A stretch of DNA of 64,000 nucleotides. It comes from a virus. Lineage: Duplodnaviria > Heunggongvirae > Uroviricota > Caudoviricetes. The position numbers were made by a program, and so were the translations under genes. Under the pieces are notes generated by a model, which was not told the origin of the DNA, ran no database searches, and was given only the letters and a program-made list of their open reading frames with translations. Positions 29,416 to 39,867 of this stretch are shown here, piece after piece (position 1 is the first letter of the stretch; each line of letters begins with the position of its first letter). The stretch lies in the IMG/VR virus record IMGVR_UViG_3300030032_000362; one strand, written 5' to 3'.

Positions 29416-30402
29416 TTATAATTCTATATCATCATCTTGCGGTATTATCTTATTTTCCAATTCAATATTTTTTAAATATTCTGGATAAATCATTTTATCA
29501 AAACGAGTTTCTACACTTTCCATTATATATTGTTTTCTTTCTTTTGAACATATCTCCCAATCTCCTACCTTCTCTGGAATAGCAGAAATAAATTGTCTAA
29601 TATCTGGCAATTTCTCTTTTATAATAGGCGACAAACGCTTTATTGCTTCCTTTAACTCTAAATCATCATATTGAATCATTTTTTTTGCCGAAAGTATATG
29701 CCCATCTACTTCATAAGCAGTACGAGACCCAATATATAAATCACTTTTATTTTTATCATGTATTATTTTATTTATCCTTTCGTCACTCGATTTATTAGAA
29801 AAAGAATTGCCATTATCATATACCGGAGCAACATTATATGTTTTATTCTTTTCATTATATAAGAGTCCCCAATTGCCGTTATTTCTATCTGTATTATCAA
29901 TAAGTATATCAACAACCACCATATTCCAAAATCTTGAAATTGCGTCAGGACATTTTTTTACAATAGGATTATATTGTAAATGCAATAATAATTCTTTGAG
30001 ATTGACTCTATCTCCTGTTCCAGAATAATGCATTTGTTCATCTAATGTTTTTGACAATTCTTTATTTGCTGCATTTTTTAAGCTTCTCATTTCCATAAGA
30101 GAGCCTCTTGTTTTGCAAAAATCTTTACAAGCAACTACTACTTTATTGTTTCTAACTCCAAGTGCCGTTTCGTGAACAGGAATACCTAACATATCATATA
30201 TATGGCTTCCAACAAATTCAGATAATGGAGAGGTTGTATAAGACATGCCTAAAGGTGTTTTAAACGCTCGTTCTGTTTTAGGATATTTTATAATCCAATA
30301 ACTATTTCCCATCATAATACCATCTTTGTCCCCAGCCATGCCAGCATAAGAACCATGCCGGTCACTATATTCACAATTTTCAAAATTATAAATATTAATC
30401 AT
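29416..30402 (-). CDS. HipA-like serine/threonine kinase domain protein
   Basis: VVVDILIDNTDRNNGNWGLL and NVAPVYDNGNSF resemble the HipA C-terminal catalytic-loop and activation segments (D-H-KN-S...aP-YD). Confidence 0.45.
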   Translation of the reverse strand: MINIYNFENCEYSDRHGSYAGMAGDKDGIMMGNSYWIIKYPKTERAFKTPLGMSYTTSPLSEFVGSHIYDMLGIPVHETALGVRNNKVVVACKDFCKTRGSLMEMRSLKNAANKELSKTLDEQMHYSGTGDRVNLKELLLHLQYNPIVKKCPDAISRFWNMVVVDILIDNTDRNNGNWGLLYNEKNKTYNVAPVYDNGNSFSNKSSDERINKIIHDKNKSDLYIGSRTAYEVDGHILSAKKMIQYDDLELKEAIKRLSPIIKEKLPDIRQFISAIPEKVGDWEICSKERKQYIMESVETRFDKMIYPEYLKNIELENKIIPQDDDIEL

Positions 30403-30406
30403 ATTA

Positions 30407-30697
30407 TCAATCCTTTCCGTTCACCGAATATTTCCATGTAACAATATCCCATTGTTCCATTGTCATTACTCCACTGGCAACATAATTTTTACACAAAACA
30501 TCTATTGCATCTGCAACACACATGTACTCGATATTATTTTTTCTATCCAGCTCTTCCGCTTCTTCTATTGTGTTTTGCAACAATTTAGGAAGTGGGAAAT
30601 CTATTACCACATCTTCACGTATAAAATTAAATGTTTCTTTTTTTTCCATAATTATTTTCCTCCTCATAAAAACACATAGTACGCAGAGGCCCACCAT
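30407..30697 (-). CDS. Small hypothetical protein upstream of the HipA-like gene (possible partner)
   Basis: 4-bp gap to the kinase gene. The likely start is the internal MEKKETF. No HTH recognised. Confidence 0.35.
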   Translation of the reverse strand: MVGLCVLCVFMRRKIIMEKKETFNFIREDVVIDFPLPKLLQNTIEEAEELDRKNNIEYMCVADAIDVLCKNYVASGVMTMEQWDIVTWKYSVNGKD

Positions 30698-30780
30698 TTT
30701 AGTGGTGGGCTATTGAAAATGTCACCCCTTTAAAAAATATTGTATATTTTTTCTTTATTATAGCATATCCTGATGTATTT

Positions 30781-33069
30781 TTACAGCATAATGTCCCACA
30801 AATTTGCATCCTGTTCCTGCATAGCAATTTTAAGTTTCTCTGATTTTTCTTTTTCTTCTTTTGCTATCTTCTTTTCAGTTTCCGTTTTCGCAACCTTTTC
30901 GTTTTCATGTTCCAATTCCAAACATTCTTTTAATTGCTCCGGATTTCCATTACAGACCTTGTTCAAAATTGACTCAGTTTCATAACTAGGCCCATTAATT
31001 ACTTTTTTCTCATCTCGCGCAATTTCTTTCTTGTAGCGAGCAACCTTATCATCATGTGATTGTTTTTTGTCTATCTTAGAATCAATTACACGTTGACTAT
31101 TATATGGAATTTCATAACGAAGTGCTTTATCAGCGTCCCCAGTTAAATGATATTTTGGATGTTCTGTGTAATTGTATTTTGTTGTATAAAAAGGTTTTTC
31201 TCCTCGAATAAATACAATACAATCATTATCCGCCATTTCACGAATCTGGTTAAAATCTAACAAATCCGTTCCAGTATAATTATAAGACTCGTTTCCTCCG
31301 CCTTTTCCACCAATAGAAGTTCCCTGCTGACGTTTCGTTGTTTTACCAAGCATAGCCTGAATATATTCAATCATGTCTTTTTCCTGACTGCCAAGGAAAA
31401 TCATAGTATCGCAGTTTCCAATAATAGTACTCATATCATCATCCCACATTTTTTTCAACTGACTTTGATTCTGCAAGATAATGGTACACCACATTTTATA
31501 AGAACGCATCGTTGCAATTTTTTCAACAAATCCGGGAATTTTACCAACATTCGCAAATTCGTCCAATAGAAAACGTATATTATATGGTAACGTTCGGTCG
31601 CCGGGAACAATTTTTCCTCCGGCATTGGCTAAAAACCATTCTGCTGCTTTCTTATTAAGGAAGCGTTCAATAAAAATATCTTCTTTACTGACAATTTCAT
31701 AATGATTTTCTTTTTCGACAATCTTTGCGCTCTGAAGCATTTTCTTCTTTGCTTTTACTTCTTCAATCGTTTCACCCCATAAGAAAGTTTCCGTCAATCC
31801 ATTTACTTCCTTTTGTAAAAAATAACTATGAGGATATATATTTTCTACTAAATAATACAAATATTCAAACAACTGCGTATACAAACAAGCAGCAATAAAG
31901 TTAAATGCCTTATCCGCAGTAGGAATAATAATAAACAAAACCTGTTTTTTTCTTCCCAATTCTTCTAAATGCAATTCATCTCTTTTTAATAAACTAGCTA
32001 CATTGCTATAATCAAATGCGCTCAATCGAGTCATTGTTGTAATCAACACAGATTTCAATGTCTTACCGGATGCAATACGAAATTCCTTATAACATTTCGT
32101 TGCCATACTTTCCGGGTTACCGGCTTCTTTATTTGCTTTTTCGTAATTATCAAACAATATATCCAATTCGGATTTCGCAGAGGAATTATTTTCATCCACC
32201 TCTGCCAAACGAATCAATTTCATCGCTGTCGATAAATTACACTCTTCTTTTGGCAGCTTTTCCATCATGTAAAAAGAAATTGCCTGTAATAATACCGTCA
32301 TGGAATCATCCCATATCTGGTCTCCTCCGGAAGTGCCTTCTTTTCGTGTATTTTCTACAATACAATTTACCATAGAGCGAACACCATTTTCATCTCGAAT
32401 ATAAGCATACGGGTTATAGCATAGAGAATCTGACATTTTACTAAGGTTAAAAATTTTAATTTCATAACCGGCATCTTCCAATGGTCCAGCTAAAGCTTCC
32501 GTTAATTCTCCTTTTGGGTCAGTAAATACATAGGAGCTATTCATCTGCAACCCATTTGGCTTAACAAGCGAAAATGATTTGCCAGTACCGGACCCTCCGA
32601 AAACAATCTGATGGCAGTTTCTTCGTGTTTTACTACCATTCATGGACATATACAAATCTTTTGCCAAAATTATATTATCTGCTCCATTTGTTTTAATCGA
32701 ACGAAATGGCGTATTATACTTTTTGTTATATGCCTTCATATCCGTATTCCACTTAGCAGAACCTCCGGCATCCTTATCTGTATCTCTTCTTATTACCATT
32801 AAATACGCATATAACATTATAATACCAAAGATACAAGTCCCAACCATTGGATAAACAAATGAATATGACGTAAATGGCAAAATAGCAAGCGGCTTTTCCT
32901 GTATGTGTTCCATTGCTAATTGCATAATCTTTATCGGATTGTTTTCATACTCCGGTTTGATACAACCCATATGTAAGGTGAATAATAAAAGCAATAAATA
33001 AAGGATTCCTCCGCAAAATATAAACATTTTCCGGATTCCGCGTAATCTTTCTTCCTTATTATTAGGCAT
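30781..33069 (-). CDS. virD4: Type IV coupling protein, VirD4/TraG family
   Basis: 762 aa. N-terminal TM helices. Walker A VFGGSGTGKSF and TDPKGE motif as in TraG/VirD4 T4CPs. Confidence 0.85.
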   Translation of the reverse strand: MPNNKEERLRGIRKMFIFCGGILYLLLLLFTLHMGCIKPEYENNPIKIMQLAMEHIQEKPLAILPFTSYSFVYPMVGTCIFGIIMLYAYLMVIRRDTDKDAGGSAKWNTDMKAYNKKYNTPFRSIKTNGADNIILAKDLYMSMNGSKTRRNCHQIVFGGSGTGKSFSLVKPNGLQMNSSYVFTDPKGELTEALAGPLEDAGYEIKIFNLSKMSDSLCYNPYAYIRDENGVRSMVNCIVENTRKEGTSGGDQIWDDSMTVLLQAISFYMMEKLPKEECNLSTAMKLIRLAEVDENNSSAKSELDILFDNYEKANKEAGNPESMATKCYKEFRIASGKTLKSVLITTMTRLSAFDYSNVASLLKRDELHLEELGRKKQVLFIIIPTADKAFNFIAACLYTQLFEYLYYLVENIYPHSYFLQKEVNGLTETFLWGETIEEVKAKKKMLQSAKIVEKENHYEIVSKEDIFIERFLNKKAAEWFLANAGGKIVPGDRTLPYNIRFLLDEFANVGKIPGFVEKIATMRSYKMWCTIILQNQSQLKKMWDDDMSTIIGNCDTMIFLGSQEKDMIEYIQAMLGKTTKRQQGTSIGGKGGGNESYNYTGTDLLDFNQIREMADNDCIVFIRGEKPFYTTKYNYTEHPKYHLTGDADKALRYEIPYNSQRVIDSKIDKKQSHDDKVARYKKEIARDEKKVINGPSYETESILNKVCNGNPEQLKECLELEHENEKVAKTETEKKIAKEEKEKSEKLKIAMQEQDANLWDIML

Positions 33070-33071
33070 GA

Positions 33072-34520
33072 TTAATCACCCACTTCCGGCTCAGCTTCAG
33101 GCAATGCATGTGTTGCATTTGTTGTCTGAATATCATTCAGCATATCATCAAGACTTGCTTTGTAATCAAGGTCTTCAATGTCTACTTCTTTATCAATAAT
33201 CTGTTCCGTAACATGCTCATAACGTTCAATATATCCTTTAATCAAATCAGCTGCTTGACTTTTTTCTTCCTCGCTCCATTTTGCGATATCTGCATCTGGG
33301 TCTGTATTTGTCCCTGAAACTAAATAATTCTCTAATGTCATATCACCATTCATGACATCCTGCAGCATCATTTTATCCACGATGGCATCATATGGCTGCA
33401 CTAATTGCGTCATAGATACTTTTCGTATATAAGCATTTTTTACTTCTTTTTCAAATAAAATCTGCGCCTTTTCTTCCAGACTGGCATACATCGGGAACTT
33501 TCTTTTTCCCTGCACTAATTTTTCTAACGCTTCTTTGTCATCTTTAACAGCTTCGTATTCGTCCTTCTCCAAAACAACCGGAGCCCTCATAGAAGACACT
33601 TCCTGTTTATATACTCTAGCAAGATTGCTGAAATCTTCCTGCCCTTTAACTTTTCTCATAATTTGCGGAGTACCATCTTTTCGAATCGTTTGATGATTTA
33701 AATTATCTCCGCTTACTTCAATTACATTGCTGGTGCACGTGCCGGATACAACATAAAAATTTCGAGTAGCCTTATTAGCCCCAATATAATTCATTGATTT
33801 TGTAATGGCATCTACTTCATTTTGACGAATCATATGCTGCCGTGTTCCGGAAATTCCATCAAATTCGACCTCTGTTCTTGCCAGACAAGATTCAACTTTT
33901 TTACGGTCTTTCGGGTTGCAGTAAAAAGCCTGCCTTGTTTCACCGGCATCTCCTTCCTGCTCTACTTTGCTGAACATAACACCATTTACTCTAAATTGCT
34001 CTGACAACATGTTCGCCTTTACTTCATCCATCGCCGGCAATTGCATAAGTGTTGGATATCCATTTTTGCTTGCGCTGTATTTTAACGTAGGAAGGCTAAC
34101 TTCAACCGAATTTGACAAAACATTTCCTAATTCATCCATTCGCGTCTGTCCAATAGAAAGCGCCCTTTCCTTTGCAATCTGTGCTAAAAGCATATCTTCT
34201 TCTCGTACAAAAGCTACAACCGTACCGGTGTACGGCCCTTTTACAACTCGACCGGAAACCATGCCTTTTCCGCCCAATGCATGAAATTCATCTTCGAAAT
34301 CTTTGAGTGCGAAATCTTTTGGTACAAAACATGGCGGCAGATAGTTCGGGTTATCTACTAAATGTTCATTCATAGATTTCATTAATGCATGATAATCTGC
34401 TTTTTGTCCCCATTTTTGAGACACAGACTGCAAGATTTCTCCAAATACTTTTGGCATATCGGTAGCTATATCTGCAAATCGGGCAAAACCTTGTAATGTA
34501 TCTTGTTCTACAGTTCCCAT
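33072..34520 (-). CDS. Hypothetical acidic protein co-transcribed with the coupling protein (conjugation accessory candidate)
   Basis: 482 aa. The stop overlaps the VirD4 start region (2-bp gap). No catalytic motif recognised. It occupies the position of PcfB-like accessory genes in Firmicutes transfer loci. Confidence 0.4.
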   Translation of the reverse strand: MGTVEQDTLQGFARFADIATDMPKVFGEILQSVSQKWGQKADYHALMKSMNEHLVDNPNYLPPCFVPKDFALKDFEDEFHALGGKGMVSGRVVKGPYTGTVVAFVREEDMLLAQIAKERALSIGQTRMDELGNVLSNSVEVSLPTLKYSASKNGYPTLMQLPAMDEVKANMLSEQFRVNGVMFSKVEQEGDAGETRQAFYCNPKDRKKVESCLARTEVEFDGISGTRQHMIRQNEVDAITKSMNYIGANKATRNFYVVSGTCTSNVIEVSGDNLNHQTIRKDGTPQIMRKVKGQEDFSNLARVYKQEVSSMRAPVVLEKDEYEAVKDDKEALEKLVQGKRKFPMYASLEEKAQILFEKEVKNAYIRKVSMTQLVQPYDAIVDKMMLQDVMNGDMTLENYLVSGTNTDPDADIAKWSEEEKSQAADLIKGYIERYEHVTEQIIDKEVDIEDLDYKASLDDMLNDIQTTNATHALPEAEPEVGD

Positions 34521-34551
34521 TCTTCATCATCCTTTCTTATTAATTCTTTCT

Positions 34552-34565
34552 TTTAATATGTCTGT
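34552..34565 (-). promoter_or_regulatory. Conserved promoter motif copy
   Basis: TTAATATGTCTGTT about 32 bp upstream of ATG 34520. Confidence 0.6.
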
Positions 34566-34638
34566 TTGCCTTTGTTTTTTTCTGCTATAACAAAAAAGAC
34601 ATATTATAAATATCAATCAAATAAAAGGAGGGTTAGAT

Positions 34639-35340
34639 ATGGCATACTTCAATCGTGACAAAATTTACGAAACATTGGACGGGATAACCGTTGCAGAAAA
34701 GCTTGGCCTTGATGTTTCAAATCATGGCCGGCTTGAAATTTTGTGTACAAATTTAGACCATGATGACACACACAAAAATAACTGTGTTTTAAACAAAAGA
34801 GGACATTATTGTTTTGTGTGTGACCGGCAGACCAACTTAGAGGGCATGGTAATGAATGTTTGCGGAATTGATTATCAAAAAGCCCTTGAAACACTCGCCG
34901 GATGGGCCGGCATTGCTCCGGAGAAAAAGGCTACTGATATTAAGCCTGTAAACAAACCGCCTTTATCCCAAAAAGAGATTGAGGAATTAAATCTTGACCT
35001 TGAAACGCCTCATGCCGTAGCAGATATTACTTCTTATGGAAATTATCGGACAAAAGAAACACGAGAACGTGATATCGCCGGTTATTATCTGAATGGCGAA
35101 AATCGTAACTTTTCCTTAAAACGACTATGGGAAGAAGACCCGGATACTTACCGGGTTATCATGAACGGGAAAATTATGGAACGGCTACATGCAATTGTAG
35201 AAAGCGGTTATTTGTATTCTTCCAAAGAAGGAAAAGAATTTTTGAAAATGACCGGAACCAGTTATTCAGCAATGAAACGTGTATTAAATCAAGAAGCGGC
35301 TCAGCTAATTGCAGCTAGGAAAAAATTGTATGCTATGTAA
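34639..35340 (+). CDS. CHC2-type zinc-finger protein (DNA-primase N-terminal-like)
   Basis: CTNLDHDDTHKNNCVLNKRGHYCFVCDRQTNLEGMVMNVCGIDYQKALETLAGWAGI matches the DnaG/TraC zf-CHC2 pattern (C--H--TPSF-V....YHCFGCG-GG-VI-FV). No TOPRIM domain. Confidence 0.5.
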   Translation: MAYFNRDKIYETLDGITVAEKLGLDVSNHGRLEILCTNLDHDDTHKNNCVLNKRGHYCFVCDRQTNLEGMVMNVCGIDYQKALETLAGWAGIAPEKKATDIKPVNKPPLSQKEIEELNLDLETPHAVADITSYGNYRTKETRERDIAGYYLNGENRNFSLKRLWEEDPDTYRVIMNGKIMERLHAIVESGYLYSSKEGKEFLKMTGTSYSAMKRVLNQEAAQLIAARKKLYAM

Positions 35341-35442
35341 AAAAAAGGTCACTCGGCGTTAAAACCGAGTGATTTTTTTCTTTTCTCTAGAAATATAAGA
35401 TTTTTTGTGATACTAGAAGTTGCCATGCGAACACCTCTTTAG

Positions 35443-36405
35443 CTATTGCTCGTATAAGTACTGGTCTTTATCATCTTTTGTAACAAGAAAACCATTTTCT
35501 TCCTTTTTAAAGTATCTTTTGTTGTAATCAATTTTAGTTATATCAATGTCTTTTGAATATGGACGGTCAATATAACGAAACAGTCCGCTGTTTTCCACTT
35601 TATAATATCCAGAAATAAAGGATTTCGAAGTAGTTATTTCAGCAAATCCGGACTGATACTGGATTGTTTTCGTCCAATAATTCTCAATATTGCTAAATAC
35701 ACGCACATCTGCTTTGGTCTTAATTGTATAGGGGGTTGTGCCAGCATAAATTTGAACCTTTAATTCTGTATCTGTATTAAGATTCTTAATGCAGCCGTTT
35801 TCTCCTAAATCTTTTTGAGAAAGTTTCTTTCCGTTAATGGAATCAATTGTAAATGTTTGGTAATATTCATTATCGGTTTCCTCAACACGATGCATTACTT
35901 TGTCAAATGGACCATTTTCCAAAAGATTGGCTATATAATTTGATGTAATCAACTTACCGTTTTCTGATAAATTAATTCCTCGTAGACCGATTGTATAACC
36001 ATCATCTGAAAATCGTTCCCATTCAAATACATTGTTAATTGTTTCTGATGTTTTGTATACAATACTGTCATCTTGATACATGGTAGGAATGATTAACTCA
36101 TCTTTTCCCTTTTTGTAAAACCAGTTTCTTGTTGGCTCCGGTTCATCATCTTGCGCCAAAACATACTCTGCATCTGTTTCTTCATTTTTATAGAAACTTT
36201 GCTCCCCGTATGGGATTTCGTAAAATTCATCACCATGCTTAATATAATAGCAGTCATCCTGTAAATCATCTTTTGTATGAATCTGTATCGCATAAGGGTC
36301 CGGGGTATTGGACGGCGTATCAATAAATGGATTTTCGCAGCCGGTATTCGTCAGCATAACAACACAAACCATAGTTACCGCTAGTATTTTCTTAATAACT
36401 TTCAT
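35443..36405 (-). CDS. Lipoprotein (320 aa)
   Basis: Signal peptide with lipobox (MLTNTGC). Tyr- and Asp-rich soluble domain. Confidence 0.45.
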   Translation of the reverse strand: MKVIKKILAVTMVCVVMLTNTGCENPFIDTPSNTPDPYAIQIHTKDDLQDDCYYIKHGDEFYEIPYGEQSFYKNEETDAEYVLAQDDEPEPTRNWFYKKGKDELIIPTMYQDDSIVYKTSETINNVFEWERFSDDGYTIGLRGINLSENGKLITSNYIANLLENGPFDKVMHRVEETDNEYYQTFTIDSINGKKLSQKDLGENGCIKNLNTDTELKVQIYAGTTPYTIKTKADVRVFSNIENYWTKTIQYQSGFAEITTSKSFISGYYKVENSGLFRYIDRPYSKDIDITKIDYNKRYFKKEENGFLVTKDDKDQYLYEQ

Positions 36406-36427
36406 AACAATCTCCTTTCTACTACTT

Positions 36428-36441
36428 TTAATATGTCTGTT
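36428..36441 (-). promoter_or_regulatory. Conserved promoter motif copy
   Basis: TTAATATGTCTGTT 23 bp upstream of ATG 36405. Confidence 0.6.
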
Positions 36442-36657
36442 ATATCTCTTTTTCTTCTACAAAATCCTGACAATTTGTTCGCGCAGGCAAATAGAAAAAA
36501 AAGAAGCCTTAGCCTCTCTTTAATTAAATACTTGTAATTTTTTGTGCTTATATTTCACGAAACATAAGCTTTAGCGAGTAGTATAACACCCTCACCATTC
36601 GACTGCAAAATCAACCGTTACCGGTAGCAGGCTTAAAGCCTGTATATATGCCGTTTT

Positions 36658-37122
36658 TTATTCCGGATAAGATATATCATATGTATCAATTACAGTTCCT
36701 TTAGGAACATACAATTCCGCGCTATCAATCGAGCCACCTCTTTTTTTAATAATTATATGAGGTGTTTCTGATTTACTTAATGTATCGTAAACTGTAGCCC
36801 ACTGCATAGGAACACGGTCAATAGATTTCCCGCCCTTTTTGTTGATTCGGTAAAAGTAATAATAATCATCTTTTTCTGCTCCACCGGTTCCTAAAAAGAA
36901 ACAAGAAGAATATTCTGATTGAGTTTTCACACTACATATATCATATTTTTCTGTTGATGTCGTCAACGATGACATCAATAAAGCTACAAGTAAAGCAATA
37001 AAGCCACTAATAACAAAAATCATTCCAACTTCGCTTTCTAAAGGGAAAGATATAAATAAACCAACTAGTACTAAAGCAGCTCCGACTATTGAAATTATTG
37101 TTGATATTGTTCCTAAATCCAT
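36658..37122 (-). CDS. Membrane-anchored protein (154 aa)
   Basis: Two N-terminal TM helices, then a soluble domain. Confidence 0.4.
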   Translation of the reverse strand: MDLGTISTIISIVGAALVLVGLFISFPLESEVGMIFVISGFIALLVALLMSSLTTSTEKYDICSVKTQSEYSSCFFLGTGGAEKDDYYYFYRINKKGGKSIDRVPMQWATVYDTLSKSETPHIIIKKRGGSIDSAELYVPKGTVIDTYDISYPE

Positions 37123-37871
37123 TTCTCATTCCTTCTATCTCATATTCTTCTATTAATAACTCTACATTGACGTAATCATAGCTATAATCCAAAATACTTT
37201 AGCACTTTAGTTATTAAAAAAATAATAAATATTGCTAATATAGTAATTTGATTTATTTTAACGGCTTTTTCTGCGTCTCCGTGTCGTATAATTATATTGT
37301 ATCCATAAATGGCACAAACACCAAAAACACAATAGGGAATTATTGTACTTATCATTGGCTCACATCCTCTCGTTCCCTCTTAAAAGAGAATTAACATGCT
37401 GAATTCATACAATCGTATTCAAAGGAATTCATGTTGTCATCCCAACTGCTAATTTCGAAAATTTTTATTGCAACTTTTACATTGCTTTTCATAAATACAC
37501 AAAAGCTAAAAGAATTAAAGCACTTACTATTTTTACGGCGGGGCTTGTAAATGCATGTAATTCGCCACTATCAATTTTATATGAATAAAGATTCAAGGAA
37601 CAAAAAACCAAAAAAATAACAAATAATGCATTCCTTATAATAATTAGTGCCATTATCGCATCCTCCTTTTCCCCTCCTAAGCAGGAATTAGCATACTTTT
37701 TTAATGTCTCTTGAAAACTGCTCGCATCCGGTCACCAGATGCTTTGTCCTATTACTCCGAGACATGCAACTGCCTATATGCCTTACTCGTAATTATCATA
37801 TAGTTAGTCACAGTTACAGTTTTTCCAACTATTCATCGTACGAGATTACCAAAATAGTCTAAGCAGAAAAA

Positions 37872-37944
37872 TGAAAGAGTCCGGAATCGAACCGAAACTA
37901 CAGTGTGGCCGACTGTTGTGCTTAACCTTTACACTACTCTTTCA
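37872..37944 (-). tRNA. tRNA-like element with non-canonical anticodon loop (reads as GCC/Gly but lacks U33)
   Basis: Acceptor GAAAGAG/CTCTTTC. D-arm GTGT-AAAGGTTAA-GCAC. T-arm TTCGG-TTCGATT-CCGGA. The anticodon loop is CGGCCAC (G at position 33) and the variable loop is only 3 nt. Possibly a pseudo-tRNA. Confidence 0.35.
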
Positions 37945-37949
37945 AAAAA

Positions 37950-38025
37950 GGGCGTTGGCCGGACTCGAACCGGCACCTCTTAATGTATTTCACTAAGCGA
38001 GCTACCAATCGCTCTCCACCGCCAC
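37950..38025 (-). tRNA. tRNA-like element; anticodon arm is aberrant
   Basis: Good D-arm (GAGC-GATTGGTA-GCTC) and T-arm (GCCGG-TTCGAGT-CCGGC). The acceptor has one mismatch and there is an extra nucleotide before the anticodon stem. The loop is GAAATAC (A33). Confidence 0.3.
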
Positions 38026-38219
38026 GCCTGTCACGTATTGCATATGCAAGGTTGAATTTCACATTCGTTCATTAATCTATGAACGATAATAAAGACATTT
38101 ATCTACAAATTAAGCTTTTTCCTTTATACATCCACGCGCGTTAAGTAACGCTTTACAAAAAATTATTTCATATTTTTACATTTTAGTCTCGTCTCTAATC
38201 CGATTCATACAATCACCTC

Positions 38220-39317
38220 CTATCTTGAAATATCTTCATTTAACTCAGACGATGTTTTTGCGTTTGACTCAGCAGCCTTTAATGTGATTTCATTAGTTTC
38301 TAAATCATATACGCAAGAATCTTTTTCTAATTTCTCATTTGCTTTCGCCTGAATCCGGCTTTCTCTCAGCTGTTCTCTTGATACATCAGACGTTTTCTGC
38401 TCTGCCGTACCAAGCATATCTCCTAAAATACCCATAGAAGCGATGCTTTGGCTTAAATCTGTCGGGATAAAGATTTTTGTAGCCTGTCCATCCGCAACAT
38501 CTTTCATTGCTTCAATGGATTTCAAACGCAGCACGTTGTCATTCATCTGCGAATTAGCCAACATGCGAATACCATCTGCCTCTGCCTCATACACAAGCTT
38601 AATTGACTTGGCCTTGCCTTCTGCCAGTGCAATTGCGGCATCCTTTTCCGCCTCCGCAGCTAACACTTTAGCCTGACGGTCTCCTTCTGCCATTGCCACT
38701 ACAGATTCTTTGTGTGCCTGAGCCTGAAGCAATGTCTCTCTTCGCTCGCGTTCTGCACGCATCTGTTTTGTCATAACTTCTTCGATTTCAGCCGGAGGAA
38801 TAATATTTTTGATTTCTACACGACTGACGCGAATTCCCCAAGCATCTGTTGCTTCATCCAAAATCTTCTGCATTTTAGCGTTAATAACTTCTCTGGACGA
38901 GAGCGTTTCGTCCAATTCCATTTCTCCGATAATGCTTCGGAGTGTTGTTGCCGTCAGATTTCGTAATCCGGAAGATGGGTCTTCTGCACCATATGTAAAT
39001 TTCTTAGGGTCAAAAATAGTTGCATAAACAACCGAATCAATCTGCATCGTTACATTATCTTTTGTGATAACATTCTGCGGCGGATAATCCAAAACCTGCT
39101 CTTTTAAGGTAATATACCGCACTACGTTATCAATAAATGGGACTTTTACATGAAGTCCGGCCTGCCAAGTTGCCTTATATTTTCCTAATCGTTCAATAAT
39201 CCGACAGGAAGATTGAGGAACCACCTGCACATTTTTTGCAATAATACCGATTACAACCAAAACAATAACTGCTAAAATAATCATACCGATACTAATACTT
39301 ACATCCATAATAATCAC
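38220..39317 (-). CDS. SPFH/band-7 (stomatin/QmcA-YqiK-like) membrane protein
   Basis: N-terminal TM helix then QVVPQSSCRIIERLGKYKATWQAGLHVKVPFIDNVVRYITLKEQVLD and the A/E-rich coiled coil QAKVLAAEAEKDAAIALAEGKAKSIKLVYEAEADG. Confidence 0.75.
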   Translation of the reverse strand: MIIMDVSISIGMIILAVIVLVVIGIIAKNVQVVPQSSCRIIERLGKYKATWQAGLHVKVPFIDNVVRYITLKEQVLDYPPQNVITKDNVTMQIDSVVYATIFDPKKFTYGAEDPSSGLRNLTATTLRSIIGEMELDETLSSREVINAKMQKILDEATDAWGIRVSRVEIKNIIPPAEIEEVMTKQMRAERERRETLLQAQAHKESVVAMAEGDRQAKVLAAEAEKDAAIALAEGKAKSIKLVYEAEADGIRMLANSQMNDNVLRLKSIEAMKDVADGQATKIFIPTDLSQSIASMGILGDMLGTAEQKTSDVSREQLRESRIQAKANEKLEKDSCVYDLETNEITLKAAESNAKTSSELNEDISR

Positions 39318-39419
39318 CTTTTTGCGAAAACTTTTTCGCTATCCTTTCTTAAAATTCATTGTTGCTTTGTCCATTTTATTATTGGACGAACAAAACCTTT
39401 GACCTCCTTTTCGCTATTG

Positions 39420-39700
39420 TTTCCTACGGTTTCCCGCGTTGGATATTCTTCCAACGCAGGCATTTTAATTATTTCAGCAGGGACTACCGTAACGCCTGCC
39501 TTATCCGGTAATGAACCGGAATCTTGATGTGGAGAGGAATCGAACCTCACATGATGCCTTTGTCCATATCCTTTCGGCTCACTTTGGCATCGTACTTGTG
39601 GTTTCCTGCGTCTCCCTTTCCGCCACACATCAACTTGTTATTGGATGGATTCAGAGAGACCTTACGCTTCCGGAAGCGCCCCTTGCTCTAAACTAAGTTC
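39420..39700 (-). ncRNA. Structured non-coding region (unidentified RNA; several long inverted repeats and a tRNA-like T-arm)
   Basis: GCGTTGGA-tattct-TCCAACGC (8-bp stem) and GCAGGC...GCCTGC. GAGGTTCGATTCCTC is a T-arm-like motif but no acceptor stem follows it. The region carries no convincing protein-coding signal. Confidence 0.2.
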
Positions 39701-39778
39701 TGGTAAAACAACCAAATTATTACAATCTTTATCCATCTAAGATTAAAACGGTCTATTACATCACTATTGTGATGCAAA

Positions 39779-39867
39779 CGCAGACAATAGGATTTGAACC
39801 TATACACCGTTGCCAGTTACTAACGCTTTAGCAAAGCGCCGCCTTACCAATTAGGCTTATATCTGCA
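39779..39867 (-). tRNA. tRNA-Ser(GCT)
   Basis: Acceptor GCAGATA/TGTCTGC. 3-bp D-stem. Anticodon loop TTGCTAA. Long variable arm. T-arm ATAGG-TTCAAAT-CCTAT. Confidence 0.7.

Noticed and set aside
37872-38025. Calling the first two tRNA-like genes tRNA-Gly(GCC) and tRNA-Ile/other outright
   Set aside because: Both lack U33 and have abnormal loop or variable-region geometry in my manual fold. I report them only as tRNA-like or possible pseudo-tRNAs.
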